Notes under the pieces: model-generated
The model's database searches: none
What the model saw: the letters and a program-made list of their open reading frames with translations, nothing else
What the model was told of the DNA's origin: nothing
Part shown: one piece after another, positions 45,369-59,594 of the stretch
Layout of the letters: each line of letters opens with the position of its first letter
Position numbering within the stretch: position 1 is the stretch's first letter
Assembly: GCF_009914755.1 (NCBI RefSeq)
Contig: NC_060926.1
DNA length: 64,000 bases
Reading direction: 5' to 3' (one strand)
DNA from: the human T2T-CHM13v2.0 reference genome, Homo sapiens
Position numbers and translations under genes: made by a program

Positions 45369-45870
45369 ACTTAGAGCCTTTCGATGGCTAAAATAGTCCC
45401 TTGGATTTATTGTTACTTAGTAAATATGTATTTAGATCCTTTCGATGGCCTCTAACATTCAATTCTTGCTTTGTGCTACACCCCTATACTTGCCATATGC
45501 CCCAGTCAAACAAGCCAAAGACTACCTGTCATGCAACCTGTAGGAAAGTCCTTTGTCTTCCCTCATGCTATTCTCACCACGGAGACTACTCCTCTCTACC
45601 CCAAGCCCCTCTCTGTCTGTCAGAGCTCTACCTAAACCTCTTTTCAGACACCATCTGATAGAAACATGGTCATCTTAAGCTTCTCTTCTTAAAGGGTTGA
45701 ATTATACCATCTTTTAGTACAAACTATTTATATGCTTCTCTTATGAGCAAAACTGAAAAACAAGAGGCAGTAGTCCATAAAACTGCATGCAAATATAATA
45801 AGCAGAGAGTGGAATGAAGGAGTTCCAGCCAAAGTTTGTTCCCTTTTGGGAGAACATCAAGAGTTGAGTT

Positions 45871-46020
45871 TTAGCTGGGCATAGTGGTGCACCTGTAATT
45901 CCAGCTACTCCAGAGGCTGAAGTGGAAGGACAGTTTGACCCCAGGAGTTTAAGGCTGCAATGAGCTAAGATTGCACCTCTGCACTTCAGCCTGGGTGACA
46001 GGGCAAGACTCCGACTATAA
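45871..46020 (+). mobile_element. FRAM / AluJ right monomer
   Basis: ttagctgggcatagtggtgcacctgtaattccagctac...ccaggagtttaaggctgcaatgagct. Confidence 0.85.
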
Positions 46021-47143
46021 TTTTTTTTTTAATTAGTTTTGTAGAGTTAATACAATAGATCTTGCTGGCCTAGCATACTTGGAAGCATCTTGCTGTGCCT
46101 GCATATGACTTGGTGGGTTGGTAGAAATAAGCTGAATGATCTATTGCCTGAATTGTTGTACCCAGTGGTTATTTATTCCTTATGGAAAAACGACAGCTAA
46201 GAGGAGGAAGAGAAGCCCTATGGCATCACCTGCCCTGTGGAATGTATCACAGCATGCACTGATGATCCCTCCAGGCTTTTCTTGTTTCCAGGAAGGAATG
46301 ATACTATCTCAATGAGTTAGGCTAAGAAAGCAGGGAGGCCAACAGAATTGCACAACTCTCTTGTTCACTAAACATTCTTCATACCCCTCCAGTGGGTTGA
46401 GGGCAACCCAGACAGATCTGTGTGTTGAAGTTCCAGCACAGTATCTGTCATCCTGTTCAGAAAGTATTTACTAAGTAACAATAAATCCCAGGGACTATTT
46501 TAGATGACAACACTTGAGAGCACAGACATTAAGCTTATGTGTTTTTCTTGTACATTGTCATATAGAAGTAACTGCTTAATAAAAGATTCACAATGATGGT
46601 GAGGCAAATATCTATTACTCTAGGAGCTGTACTCCCACGTGGCCTTTCACTATAACTTACAATAGAGCTGTGACATTTTATAAATGCTGGATACAGGTTT
46701 TCAATATCAACAAAAATACAGTTATGTGTTAATAATTTATTGCAACAAGCTTTACCCTGATATAATAAATAAATTATTAGTTCATACTCTTAAGGAAAAT
46801 AGTTCTGCACAGAAGTTGGTCTATTTCTCCTTTCTTGCTTGGGTTTTAGATTATCACAACATTTGCAGAAGAAACAGATGTCATGAATTTAATTCTGAAA
46901 ACAAGTCAGACTGGTACTTTTCAAGATCCATCAAGTTATTTCAAAATATATCAAAATTAGTACATCCAGTGACAAACTAATATAAAGGTTGTGTCCAAGA
47001 TGTGAAAAAGAGGCATTCTTGGCCTTTAAAAGGACAAACATGTTTGCAAAATTGGACAGGACTTTAACGACACTGAAAATTTTCATTTAGAAAATGTCAT
47101 TATGTTGTACGAGAACAGCTAACCTATTATAGTAAAGAAAAGA

Positions 47144-47444
<301 letters not shown>

Positions 47445-47612
47445 GATGGAATCTATCAATAGATCAATAGCTCCAATCGATGACTGCCTTATAAGTGATG
47501 CCCTGTGTCTTCTGCATTGAGAGGAGGGGACTCTTTCTCTCTCTCTATATATATATATTTAATTTAATAATAAAATATAATATAATAGTTACCCTTAAAA
47601 AAATATAGCAAT

Positions 47613-48124
<512 letters not shown>

Positions 48125-48834
48125 CAATGTGTCTAACTGGAGAGAGAAAATACACACTGTTAAATTGTTCTAGGATGACTTTAAAACATAATTAAGTGGA
48201 AAATGTCTGGAAGAGACTTTCTGTTACCATCCATTATCATCCATTATCAGTCAACAGGGGGCGTGTGTCTGCTATAAGCACCCACTTTGGTTCTCACTGG
48301 AGATTCAGGATTAAGACTTGGTCTTCACCCTTGAGCAGAACTTAACCTAATGGAAAAAGAATAAACAATTTGAACTGCAGTATGCAGAGAAAGATGCCAG
48401 ACTGATTTTTCTTTAAAGGTTCCCAATCCAATCATATAATTATATTGCTAAAACCACATCTTTGACTTCCCAGTGCCTGAAAAATTAAAGCTAGACTCCG
48501 CAAGAGATATTCTGCTCAACCTTCTCTGACTCTGTCTCTGCATAATGTTAACTACTTCTATACCCCTAATTGCACTCTTAACTCTCAATATCATTTGCCT
48601 CTAGGTATTCATCTATGCACTTTTACTAAGTGGAAACCCTACCTCCCACATTGAACACACCATCCCCTCAGCTGCCAGCAACCATGTAGTATCTGTCTAG
48701 TACTAGTTCCATGTTCCTATTAGCCTTTGAGATTCTATTGATATGTGGCTTTCTCTAGTAGCTTTATCTGACAAAGGAACAACTGATTATAGGAAGCAGT
48801 ATTGACATTTTAAGTGTTAAAAGCATTTAACAAA

Positions 48835-49148
48835 CTAGGGGCTGGGAAGGGGTGAGGGGGAGGAATAGGGAGAGATTTGCTAAAGGATACAAAATTACAG
48901 CCAGTTAGGAGAATTAAGTTCTGGTGCTCTATATCACTGCAGGATGACTATAGTTAACAACAATCTGTTGTTTCAAATAGCTAGAAGGAAGATACTGAAT
49001 GTTCCCAATACAAATAAATGATAAATGTTTGAGATGACGAGTATGCTAATTATCCTGATCTGAGTACTATATATTTTATGCATCAAAATATCACTGGGTG
49101 TCCCATAAAACTGTACAATTATTGTGGTCAATTAAGCATCAAATAAAA
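48835..49148 (+). mobile_element. L1MA 3' end
   Basis: gagagatttgctaaaggatacaaaattacag...gaatgttcccaatacaaataaatgataaatgtttgag. Confidence 0.85.
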
Positions 49149-49299
49149 TGTTTAAAGCCAATAGTTTTGAGGCAGGAGGTAGTAAGCTGTGCAGATCAAC
49201 TGGAAGGAGAGAAAACAGAGTTGGAGCCAAAGCGACTAGAACTTTGACCAGAGAGTCAGCAGTGGAAATTAAAACAAAAGGAAAATGTAAAAATGTTTC

Positions 49300-49560
49300 T
49301 GATAAGGATTTTGCTGCCCTTGGTTAGGGTTAGAATATAAAGGATCTTTTAAAAATTTGTCATTAGGCAAAGATATTGTTATTAAGAGAATTGAAAAACG
49401 TGAAAGAGGGGGAATATACCAGGAGAAGTTACCAAGTTCAGATGAGGCACACTGCTTAAAATGATAGCAAAACATCCAAATACAAGTGACTCGTGGAGTG
49501 TTTAAAATGTGGGCCTTTAGATTTAGAGAAAATGTAGAGACAGAAAGGATGGGTTCAGGA
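49300..49560 (-). mobile_element. L2 fragment
   Basis: aagttcagatgaggcac...catccaaatacaagtg...ttaaaatgtgggcctttagatttagaga. Confidence 0.45.
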
Positions 49561-49689
49561 TTGTGCTTCATATTGCTGTGGCATTTCAGCAAATGCTATT
49601 TACCTGTTATATGACTATTTCCCTGGTACACTGTCAATTTCACAAGCTAGGGATGGAGGGAAGAAAACATAATTTCTTTTCTTTCTCTT

Positions 49690-50110
49690 CTTAGTTCTTA
49701 GTTGAGACACTCTCCTGAAAACAAAAGTCAAATTAACAACAACAACAACAAAGCAGAAGTGTATGAACACGTGCTGTACCTATCATGCAGGAGAAGCCTT
49801 AGCTTAAAAGTAGTTCTCTCTCAAGGCAGTGGCTTACGTGCCTTGCTTAAATAATATTTTAACAAAGAGCCATAAGTCCAAAATAGAGACAAGACAAAGA
49901 ATAGAACAGTTCCATTTTTTGAAAAGGTGGGAAAATGTGGGAACATAGTAAAATCGCTTCTCAGATTCCTCTGGTGCCTGCTGGTATGGTCTGTAGGCTG
50001 AGGAGCGAGTGCTGTCCTTAGTGAGGAAAGATTTATGCCCTGCCATGAGGCAAACAGAGCCCACGCTTTTAGTGTATTTAATTTAATCATCTTCAATATT
50101 TTGGGGAGGA
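49690..50110. mobile_element. Possible old ERV LTR fragment
   Basis: aagtcaaattaac...agcagaagt, aagatttatgccctgc and aatattttggggagg resemble old LTR consensi; family not resolved. Confidence 0.35.
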
Positions 50111-50288
50111 TTATTATGTTTTCCTTCAGGAACATGGTTCATATTCTGCATATCTATAACTCAAACAATGGGAATAGTGTCGGGCATATAGCAATGGATT
50201 AACTAATAATGAGAGGAAAAGTGCTCCATGTAAGGGAGCCCTGATATAGCATATATTGGATGATATGTTGATATGTTTTTGCATCTTT

Positions 50289-51400
50289 AGCCCCTTTGTA
50301 GGACATCTTTGAAGGACAGTGGTGAAAGAAAATCTTCCCAGTAGGCAAAACTTCGAGCAGTCCACCTCGTTGTGCACTTTGCTTGGAAAGAGAAATAGCC
50401 AGCTATGCGATTTTACACTGATTCATGGGTTACAGCCAATGGTTTGACTGGATGGTTAGGGACTTGGAAAAAGCATGATTGCAAAATTGGTGACAAAGAA
50501 ATTTGGAGAAGAGGTGTGGATGGACCTCTCTGAGTAGTCAAAAACTGTGAAGATATTTATATCTCATGTAAGTGCTCACCAAAGGGCGACCTCAGCAGAG
50601 AGGAGTTTAATAATCGAGTGGGTAGGATGACTCATTCCATGAACACCACTTAGCCTCTTTCCCCAGCCACCCCGTCATTGCCCAGTGAACAAAGTGGTCA
50701 TGGTGCCACGGATGGAAGTCACGCATGGGGTCAGCAACATGGACTTCCACTCACCAAGGCTGACCTGGGTGTGGCCAATGCTGAGTGCCCAATTTGCCAG
50801 CAGCAGAGACCAAAACTGAGCCCTCAATATGGCACCATTCCTCAAGGTGATCATCCAGCTACTTGGTGGCAGATTGATTATACTGGACGCCTTCCATCAT
50901 GAAAAGGGCAGCAGTTTGTCCTCACTGGAATAAACACTTACTCCAGATATGAGTTTGCCTATCCTGCATGCAGTGCTTCTGCCAAGACTGCTATCCGTGG
51001 ACTCACCAAATGCCTTATCCACCATCATCACCATCATGGTATTTCACATTGAATTGTCTCTGACAAAGGCATTCACTTTTTGGCTAGAGACATGGGGCAG
51101 TGGGCTCAAGCTCATTGAATTTACTGGTCTTACCATGTTCCCTATCATCCTGAAGCATCTGGATTGATAGAACTGTGGAATGACCTTTTGAAGTCACAAT
51201 TACAATGACAAGTCTAGGTGACAATACTTTGCAGGGCTGGAGCAAAGTTCTTCAGAAGGCTGTGTATGCTCTGAATCAGCATCCAGCATATGGTACTCTT
51301 CCTCCCATAGCCAGGATTCATGGGTCCAGGAATCAAGGGGCAGAAGTGGACATGGCACCACTCACCATCACCCCTAGTGACCCACTAGCAAAATTTTTGC
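50289..51400 (+). pseudogene. Decayed HERV-L pol (RNase H and integrase)
   Basis: ORFs 50678-50902 and 51205-51507 (WSKVLQKAVYALNQHP) broken by stops and frameshifts. Confidence 0.88.
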
Positions 51401-51419
51401 TTCTTGTTCCTGTGACATT

Positions 51420-51720
51420 ACGTACTGCTGGCCTAGAGGTCTTAGTTCCAGAGGGAGGGATGCTGCCACCAGGAGACACAACAATAATTCCATTAAGCGG
51501 GAAGTGAAGATTGCCACCTGGACACTTTGGGTTCCTCCTACCTCTAAGTCAATGGGCTAAAAAGGGAGTTACAGTGTTGGCTGGGATGATTGACTCAGAC
51601 TATTAGGATGAAATTAGTCTCCTACTTCACAATGGAGATAAGGAAGACTATGTTTGGAATACAGGAAATCTCTTACGACTACTCTTAGTATTACCCTGTG
51701 ATTAAGGTCAAGGGGAAACA
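51420..51720 (+). pseudogene. Decayed HERV-L dUTPase
   Basis: TAGLEVLVPEGGMLPPGDTTIIPL..*RLPPGHFGFLLP...GVTVLAGMIDSDY*DEISLLLHN contains dUTPase motifs with in-frame stops. Confidence 0.8.
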
Positions 51721-52315
51721 ACAACTACCCAATCCAGGCTGGACTACAAATGATCCAGACCCTTCAGAAATGAAGGTTTGAGTCACTCCACTAGGAAAAC
51801 AAAACAAAACAAAACAAAAACAAAAACATAACAAAAACCACACACATACAAAATAATAATAATAAAAAAAAACCCATGACCTTCTGAGGTGCTTGCTGAA
51901 GGCAAAGGGAATAAAAAATGGGTAGTAGAAGGTAATCATCAATACCAGTAACAACCATTTGACCAGGTTACAGGAATGAGGAGTGACTGTAACTGCTATG
52001 AGTATTTCCTCCTTATTTTGTTAAGAACGTATTTGTGCACGTAGACACTTGTACTAAGAGAATATTTTCATTTTATTTCCTTTTTCCCTTTACTGTGTGA
52101 CATAAGATTTATTGACTTCATATCAGCATTTAAATGTGTTTAACTCTATGTAATAGCATCTAGGTTAAGGATTAGTGCACACTGGGTTGTATGAACGATA
52201 GCTGTATTATGTTAGGTATAATTATGACTAATTATGACCTTATTATTGTCTTTATTTGAAGATTGCATATGATTTTAGGAGATGTATGTTGGTTCAAGTT
52301 GACAAGGGGTGCACT

Positions 52316-52890
52316 TGTGATGGTTAATATTGAGTGTCAACTTGATTAATGCTTCAATGCTTGATGAAGCATTGAAGGATACAAAGTATTGTTCCTGGGT
52401 GTGTCAGTGAAGGTATTACCAAAGGAGATTAACATATGAGTCAGTGGACTGGGAGAGGCAGATCCACCCTCAATCTGGGTGGGCACCATCTAATCAGCTG
52501 CCAGCACAGCTAGAGTAAAGCAGGCAGAAGAATGTAGAAAGACTTGACTTGCTGAGTCTTCCAGCCTTCATCTTTTTCCCATGCTGGATGCTTCCTGCCC
52601 TCGAACATCAGACTCCAAGTTTTTCAGCTTTTGGACTCTTGAACTTACACCAGTGGTTTGCCAAGGGCTCTTGGCTTTTGGCCACAGACTGAAGGCTGTA
52701 CTGTCGGCTTCTCTAATTTTCAAGTTTTGCGACTCAGACTGATCCACCACTGGCTTTCTTCCTCCTCAACTTGCAGACAGCCTATTGTGGGACTTTACTT
52801 TGTGACTGTATGAGTCAGTTCTACTTAATAAACCTCCCTTTCACATATACATATATCCTATTAGTTCTATCCCTCTAAAGGCGGTATACA
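52316..52890 (+). mobile_element. MLT2A 3' LTR of HERV-L
   Basis: tgtgatggttaatattgagtgtcaacttgatt...cttaataaac...tatatcctattagttctatccctct; last ~15 bp atypical. Confidence 0.92.
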
Positions 52891-53264
52891 GACACATTAG
52901 TTATACTTTCTCCCTGGGAGAACTTAGTGTCCTAGAGAAAATAAGAAACATTCTCAGCAAGCTCCAGACAGCTAGGCGAGAAAAGATGGGCCCCAGCTGT
53001 AGACACATGGGCAAGGACAGAGGAACTGGCTTTTGGCACTAGAAAGGCTGGAGGGAAAAGCAATTATGAAAGAGCTCTTATTTGATATTTAAGGAAGGAG
53101 ATGGATATGGAGGGCTCTCTAGGCTCAAAGAGAGTTATACCTTTGTAGTCTAACTGGCTTTTCTCCTGTTAGGGTGGAGTGATGTTCTATCCAGTGTCCC
53201 TAGATAGTTTGTGCAACATATTGAGATAATAAACGATTGTGTTATTAGTTTGAAATTGTTTTGT

Positions 53265-53466
53265 TCTCAGTGGACATTAATATTACATTGCGTCCTTGTG
53301 TAGATGTATTTGTTACATTCATAGACTGTGTAAGGATCAGGTCAGGGTATGTGGGGTGTCCATCACCTCGAGTAGTTATCACTTCTCTGTGTGTGGAACA
53401 TTCCAAGTCCTCTCTTCTAGCTGCTTGGACATATATAATACATTTTTGCTAACTTTAGTCACCCTA
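53265..53466 (-). mobile_element. L1MA 3' end fragment
   Basis: gatcaggtcagggtatgtggggtgtccatcacctcgag...ggaacattccaagtcctctcttctagct. Confidence 0.8.
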
Positions 53467-56400
53467 GAAGGAAGGGTAAAGGGAGGGATAGTGGTATGCA
53501 CCACTGGCCTAGATTCAATGTGGAAAGTTTTTCCATTTATTCCCTAATTTTCAAGGCCACTCTTGTTCTTGCCTTGAGTCCTTCCAAATTCTACTCTGGG
53601 GTTCCCACACAGATGGGTGCCTCCCTGGTGAAGGCCCCTCTAGCCCTTGTTCTGAGCTAGAACTTCCGCCGAAGTGATTCTTCTCTCAGCACCTTCAAAT
53701 CTCTCATTTTTTTTCAAGGCCCCTTTCCCATTCTTTTTAATGTTAGATGTTTTTCCCCATCCTTCCTTATTACCAATTCACTTGAAACTCAGGCAAGAGA
53801 AAAGTAGAAAACAATAACAACAGCCACACACACACAGTGTTCAAAAATACCTTAATTGGGAGGCCTTATTATATTTTGTCACTTATTTATTCATCATATT
53901 TAATCACACAATTTGACTGGTCAATATTAATAATTAAGACCTTAATTTTGAAATAATAAAGAGCTGGGAATCCAAGCAACAAAATCAATTATTCTTAGTT
54001 TTTAGGGTTAATAATTCTGGGACACAGGCTTCATATATAAACAAATTTATATATAAGCAAATATCCAAATGTTATTTTACTTTAATAATTTGAGTCTATG
54101 AAATATATTAACATGAATATAAAGAAAATATTAATATTTTACCTGCAACTCAATATGAGTTTCCATTTAAAAAAAAATGTTATCAGTGTGACCTTCTAAT
54201 CAAGTTGTGTTCCTATACACACACATACACACACAGTTTGGAACTGTGCATTCTTTTAAACTCTCAGCTTCTCTCTAAATACCCATGTTTTGGTTATCAG
54301 AATAACCAAAACAAGATTGTTAAACAAGGTTTTTTTTGTAATAAATATTGATCGAATCTGAAGATTCATAATATGATTGATTAAATGAAGATGTTGGTGT
54401 CAGGTCAACTAACTCCTCCTTAGTCACCAAGAGCACTCTAACCTTAAGTAGTCAGCGTTCTCTGAGTTCTGCCCATTCTAGAGCAGCACCAGGTACACAC
54501 TGAAGATGAGAGCTAAGGTCTGAGGGAACGTTTAGTCATGGAAGTGCATCCAATAGGTTAGAGCAAGAATGACACAGAGTCAGCCACAGACTCAAAGCTA
54601 CTGCACATCCCTGTTGCTGAGGAAGGGAACTCAGGAACAGCTGATAGGCTTTTGGCCAGGAGGAGGTGGACCTTAGGCTCAGGAGCTAGGTAGAACCGGA
54701 CCAGCTCAGAAGATAACTAAAATGGCACTACCTGCCACATTACGCCATAAAATGGCATCCTGTTCCCTGTAAACCCTAGCTCGGATTACTGATAGCACAT
54801 CTAGTAGGAATGTGGGAATGTGACAATGGATGTCACAAGGGAGTCATACACCTTTCCCTAGTACCATACATGATATAACCCTAAATATTTTTCTATTAGC
54901 CTAAATAGAAGACATCAATATTGTTAGTGGAAAATCTGCCCATTCACAAAGGATGCGATGTAGCCAACCTGCAGAATCCGTATGCGTAGGCTTTCTAAAT
55001 TCAGAAACAGAAACTGAGAACACAGAACATTCCTATGGAACCAGATTCATAGCCAAGCACTCAGGCCAGAAAGCTTCCATTGCTCACAGTGTTCATGGGA
55101 CCACTAGGAGAATCCAACTATATTAGAGATTTAAGAGTCAATTCGAGTATTTACGTCAACAGTAGTCAAAAGTCTACGACTATTCCCAGTCTTCTTCATG
55201 AAGTTCCAAAACAGAAATTCAGCAGAATTTTACTGATCATGCCTGGGTTTTCTGATTCAGAAATTAAGTCTTGTGGAATTTGCATTGTAAGCATGCAAGA
55301 TCAAGAGAAATAAAATCAAGGGTTTTCTTCATCATTTCTTGATGTTGCGGAGCAGGTCATTAAGATTTCTTCTCACCTCCCAATATGTCCTGTCAACTGT
55401 TCCTACACTCCTTTATGGGACCCCACATAATTCAATACAATATCTCACAAAATGATAATTGCTGCCCGTTTTAGAAGAGAGCTCTTGGGTTTTTGGAGAA
55501 AACTCATACTTTCATCCATGAAAAGAAAAACGTTTCCTTCTATTCTCTGGAGCAGAAAACTAGACGGAAAAATACTAGCTGAATTGCGTGCCTTGAGAGG
55601 CTGGTAGAAATAAACTGAGGCTGTGGAGAAGAAAGAAGCAGAGAGAGGGCACCCAGAGATAAGAAATTCCCCAAAGACTATCCAAAGTGTGTAATCATGC
55701 ACAATCTATATGAAAAGATTAGTACTATCTTTTTATGTTTGTATGAATGTGTAGTTTTCAAATAATGGCAAGCACCTTTATCTTTTAATGGCAAGTTCCT
55801 TTATCTTCACATACTTCTGAATATTGTGTACCTAATAGATTAAATAATTGAAGAAAAAAATAGGTATCACTTCCCCTGCTCTGTTGAATTTGAATAAAAT
55901 ATATTATTTTCAATCCCCTAAAAATGCTCCCAAAGATATTTCTTCCCTTTATGCCAATGATGAACAAAATAAATGGTAATTAAGCAAAGCCAGAATTTGC
56001 GAACGTACATCCTGTTGTAATTCAAACAATATATTATTTTTAAGAGCATAATTTGAGTGTATTCCTAAGTTACTCATCCACTAAAACTGAACAAAACAAA
56101 GACCAGCACGTTTTCCAAGAAAAAGGGGGAGAAATAGGTTTTCCATCATCACCTACAGTAAAAAGGCAAATATCAGTAGAGTTAGCTGGACTGTTTCTCT
56201 ATGTTGTGATACATTCAACTAATTTGGGAAGATCCATTTATTTCATTTCCCTTGCTATTTATCCCAAGTGATCATAAAGGAGAAGTCTAACAAACATGAA
56301 AAACCAAAATAGTGATAGATTGCCCCCGCCTTACTTAGGGTCTTACATAAAATAACATTGTCTAGAAACTTTCAGTGTAAGAGGAACTGTGAAAACTTTT

Positions 56401-56592
56401 AGTAGGAAAAACAAAAAATCTGTCTTCTATTGGTGAGTAATAACACTCCTTTTGATGATCAAACATTTCAAATTCAACAATCTAATTTTTAAAGAGGAAA
56501 TCAACAAGGTATTCTAGTATCGACATGTTACATGATGTAGAAAAACAGAAATTTGCAACTACTTGTCCAATCATTGGAGAGAACAAAACAAA

Positions 56593-57269
56593 CGCGTGCG
56601 GAATTGGCTCCTGCCCGTGGGTTCTTGGTCTGGCACCAATAGACCCGCGGACCCTAGCCCTGAGTGTTACAGCTCTTAAAGATGGCATGTCCACATTTTG
56701 TTCCTTCCCCTGTTCACATGCTTCTGGATTTTCTTCCTGCCGTGGGTTCTTCGTCTCGCTGACTTCATGAGTGAAGCCCCAAACCTTCCCAGTGAGTGTT
56801 ACAACTCTTAAAGGTGGTGTGTCCGGAGTTGCTTGTTCCTCCCAGTGGGTTCACAGTCTGCCGATTTCAGGAGGGAAGCTGCACCCCTTCACAGTGAGTG
56901 TTACAGCTCATAAACGTAGTGCAGACCCAAAAAGGGAGCAGCAGTAACATATACTATGTAGAGCAAAAGAACAATGCCTCCACAGCGTGGAAGTGGAGCT
57001 GAGATGGGTGCCCCTACTGGCTTGCCAGCTTTTATTCTCTTATTTGGCCCTGCCCACATCCTGCTGATTGGTCCATTTTACAGAGCGCTGACTGGTCCAT
57101 TTTACAGAGTGCTGATTGGTGCGTTTTTGCAGAGTGCTGATTGGTGCTAAGTTTACAAACCTTTAGCTAGACACAGAGCACTGATTGGTGTGTTTACAAT
57201 CCTTCAGCTAGACAGAAAAGTTCTCCAAGACCCCACCTGACCCAGAAGCCTAGCTGGCTTCATCTCTCA
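56593..57269 (-). mobile_element. Solo ERV9 LTR (LTR12 family)
   Basis: Reverse complement starts tgagagatgaagccagctaggcttctggg; gctgattgg repeats; gtgagtgttacagctc U5 repeats. Confidence 0.93.
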
Positions 57270-57789
57270 AAATGTGACTATAAAGAAAAATTTAGCAGAA
57301 TGGACAGCAGGTAACACTAGTTAAAATCAAAGAATATCATGGTTGTGGGATGGCTGAAATATATTTTAAGAATTTAGGTAGGAAGTTAATTGGATGTTTT
57401 CTGGATTGCTGTAATATGAATTCTTCTTTTGTTTTCCTTAAAAATCTTCATACATTTGTTTAAATGTATTATTTTTGGTAAATTACTAAAGAAACCTTAA
57501 TTGTGGCTATGAGATGTCATCTAAGGAGATATGGATTCTAACATATGGAAAGGATGGGAAAACCAACCCTGGAATTCAAGAGTATTTTGGAGTGAGACAA
57601 TAAACTTCTATAGATTGTTGGGATGAGGGGGAATGCAATGTTTTAAGAGATTGCTCAAATCGTCTTACCCTACTACATAAACCCTTGACCTCCCTTTTAA
57701 CTTAAAATGAAATTTTCATGTCTCACTGTGTCCTACAAGGTTGTAAATCCCTACAGACCTGGTGGTTTTCTATCTATTTCTACCAGAAT

Positions 57790-58075
57790 TTATTTTTCAT
57801 CATTTAGATGTCAGCTCAGCTCCACTGTGAAAACTTTTTAAATCTACCATCTAAAATAATTATCTATATTCTCTATTAAATCACTCTGCTTTAATTCTGC
57901 ATGACCCTTTGCTCCCTCCAAAATTATTCTGCTTGTATGCTTATTTATTTTCTGCATCCTTCACGGAAATGTACACTCTGTGGGAACAAATAACTTGTCT
58001 GTCTCTATCGTCAATGCTTAGAACTCTGTTCAGCAGATAGCGGCACCAACAAATAAATATTTCTGGAATGGATGA
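57790..58075 (+). mobile_element. L2 3' region
   Basis: catcatttagatgtcagctcag...aatgtacactctgtgggaac...cttagaact...aaatatttctggaatggatg. Confidence 0.7.
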
Positions 58076-58322
58076 TTTTTTTGCTTAACTCATGATGAAC
58101 AGGGGTGCTCCATCTGACATTTATTGTTTATCCTTACTGATCACTTTTACCTATCTACTAACATTTCGTGGGCTGTGTAGTCTACAATCAGAATAAGATC
58201 TGTGAACTCAAGTAGGCCATAAGAAAATTAGGGATAGCTGATGTATGTCAAGAAAAAACTGAGACTTGATATTTCAAGAAAATGCAGAAAATTGGTTGAT
58301 ATGCAAGAAGATAAAAATTTTT

Positions 58323-58614
<292 letters not shown>

Positions 58615-59284
58615 TTAAGGAAAGAAGAGAAACAGTGTTTTTGTGATAGGATTGTGTTTTAATGTAACACAACAAAAATTGTTGACTAGTATATTAGTAC
58701 TTTTTTAAAAGTAACATAATAAAAACTTTTAACCTGTATATCAAGCCTTGTGAAAAATTACACTAACATAATTTTCAAAATATATTACAATTGATATTAT
58801 TTTACCATTTAGCATTTCATCTCATTTTCATTTAATAAAAGACCAAAGAAAATGTGAGGATTTCAGAAAAATAAACTCACACATCACAGAACTCATTCAT
58901 TTTATGACTGAAGAAAATAAAGTCTAAATAATTAATTTTTGGCCACAGCTAGTTAGTGGTAGAGTTTTAACTAGATGTTACATTACCTGAAGGATAGCCC
59001 TGTGATTTTCTGACTAAAAAAAACATTTAGGACCTCTAGAACCAAAGCTCTGTAGCTCTGGGGCCTCTATTATTCTCTCAAAAAAATCAATAACTTCCCT
59101 ATTTTTAGTGTCTATTTGTATTTGAGGAATCCAAGGCCTCAAACTGGAGCAGTGGTTACAGGGTTGTGGGTGGGACTGGACAGGGAAACATCATTTGGAA
59201 GAAGAAAGTTTATGAAGAAAATTGTTGTACATATACTGTATGTATGTATGCATGTATCTATTTATTATTGGCTGCGTTGTTGAA

Positions 59285-59500
59285 ACATTTCACTATATAT
59301 ATATTTCACTATATATATACATATACATATATGCTGGAAAGATCATATATATATATGAAACCAAAGAAAATGTGAGGATTTTAGAAAAATAAAGAAACTC
59401 ACACATCACAGGCTCTTTTATATATATAACCTATTTTAAAAATATATATTTTAAATAAATATATATTAAATATATAATATATTTAATATATATATAATTT
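59285..59500. repeat. AT-rich complex tract containing a ~50-bp copy of 58842-58889
   Basis: (TA)n runs, tandem tttcactatatatata, AT palindrome. Confidence 0.9.
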
Positions 59501-59594
59501 TTTAATCAAAGGCAGCAAGATTAACTTTAATCAGAGGCAGCAAGGTAGAAGTTCCCATCTCAGCACTTATTTTTTAACAGATACGTGCTAATTG

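Larger units (their letters stand above)
50289..52315 (+). mobile_element. HERV-L internal 3' portion (pol RNase H-integrase, dUTPase; no env)
   Basis: RNase H AELRAV/YTDSW-type codons; integrase zinc finger SGHG...CPICQQ; core WQIDYTG; polypurine tract gacaaggggt before the LTR. Confidence 0.92.

Noticed and set aside
54719-54758. Two aaaatggc YY1-like cores
   Set aside because: They lack the extended GGCGG consensus and there is no other support
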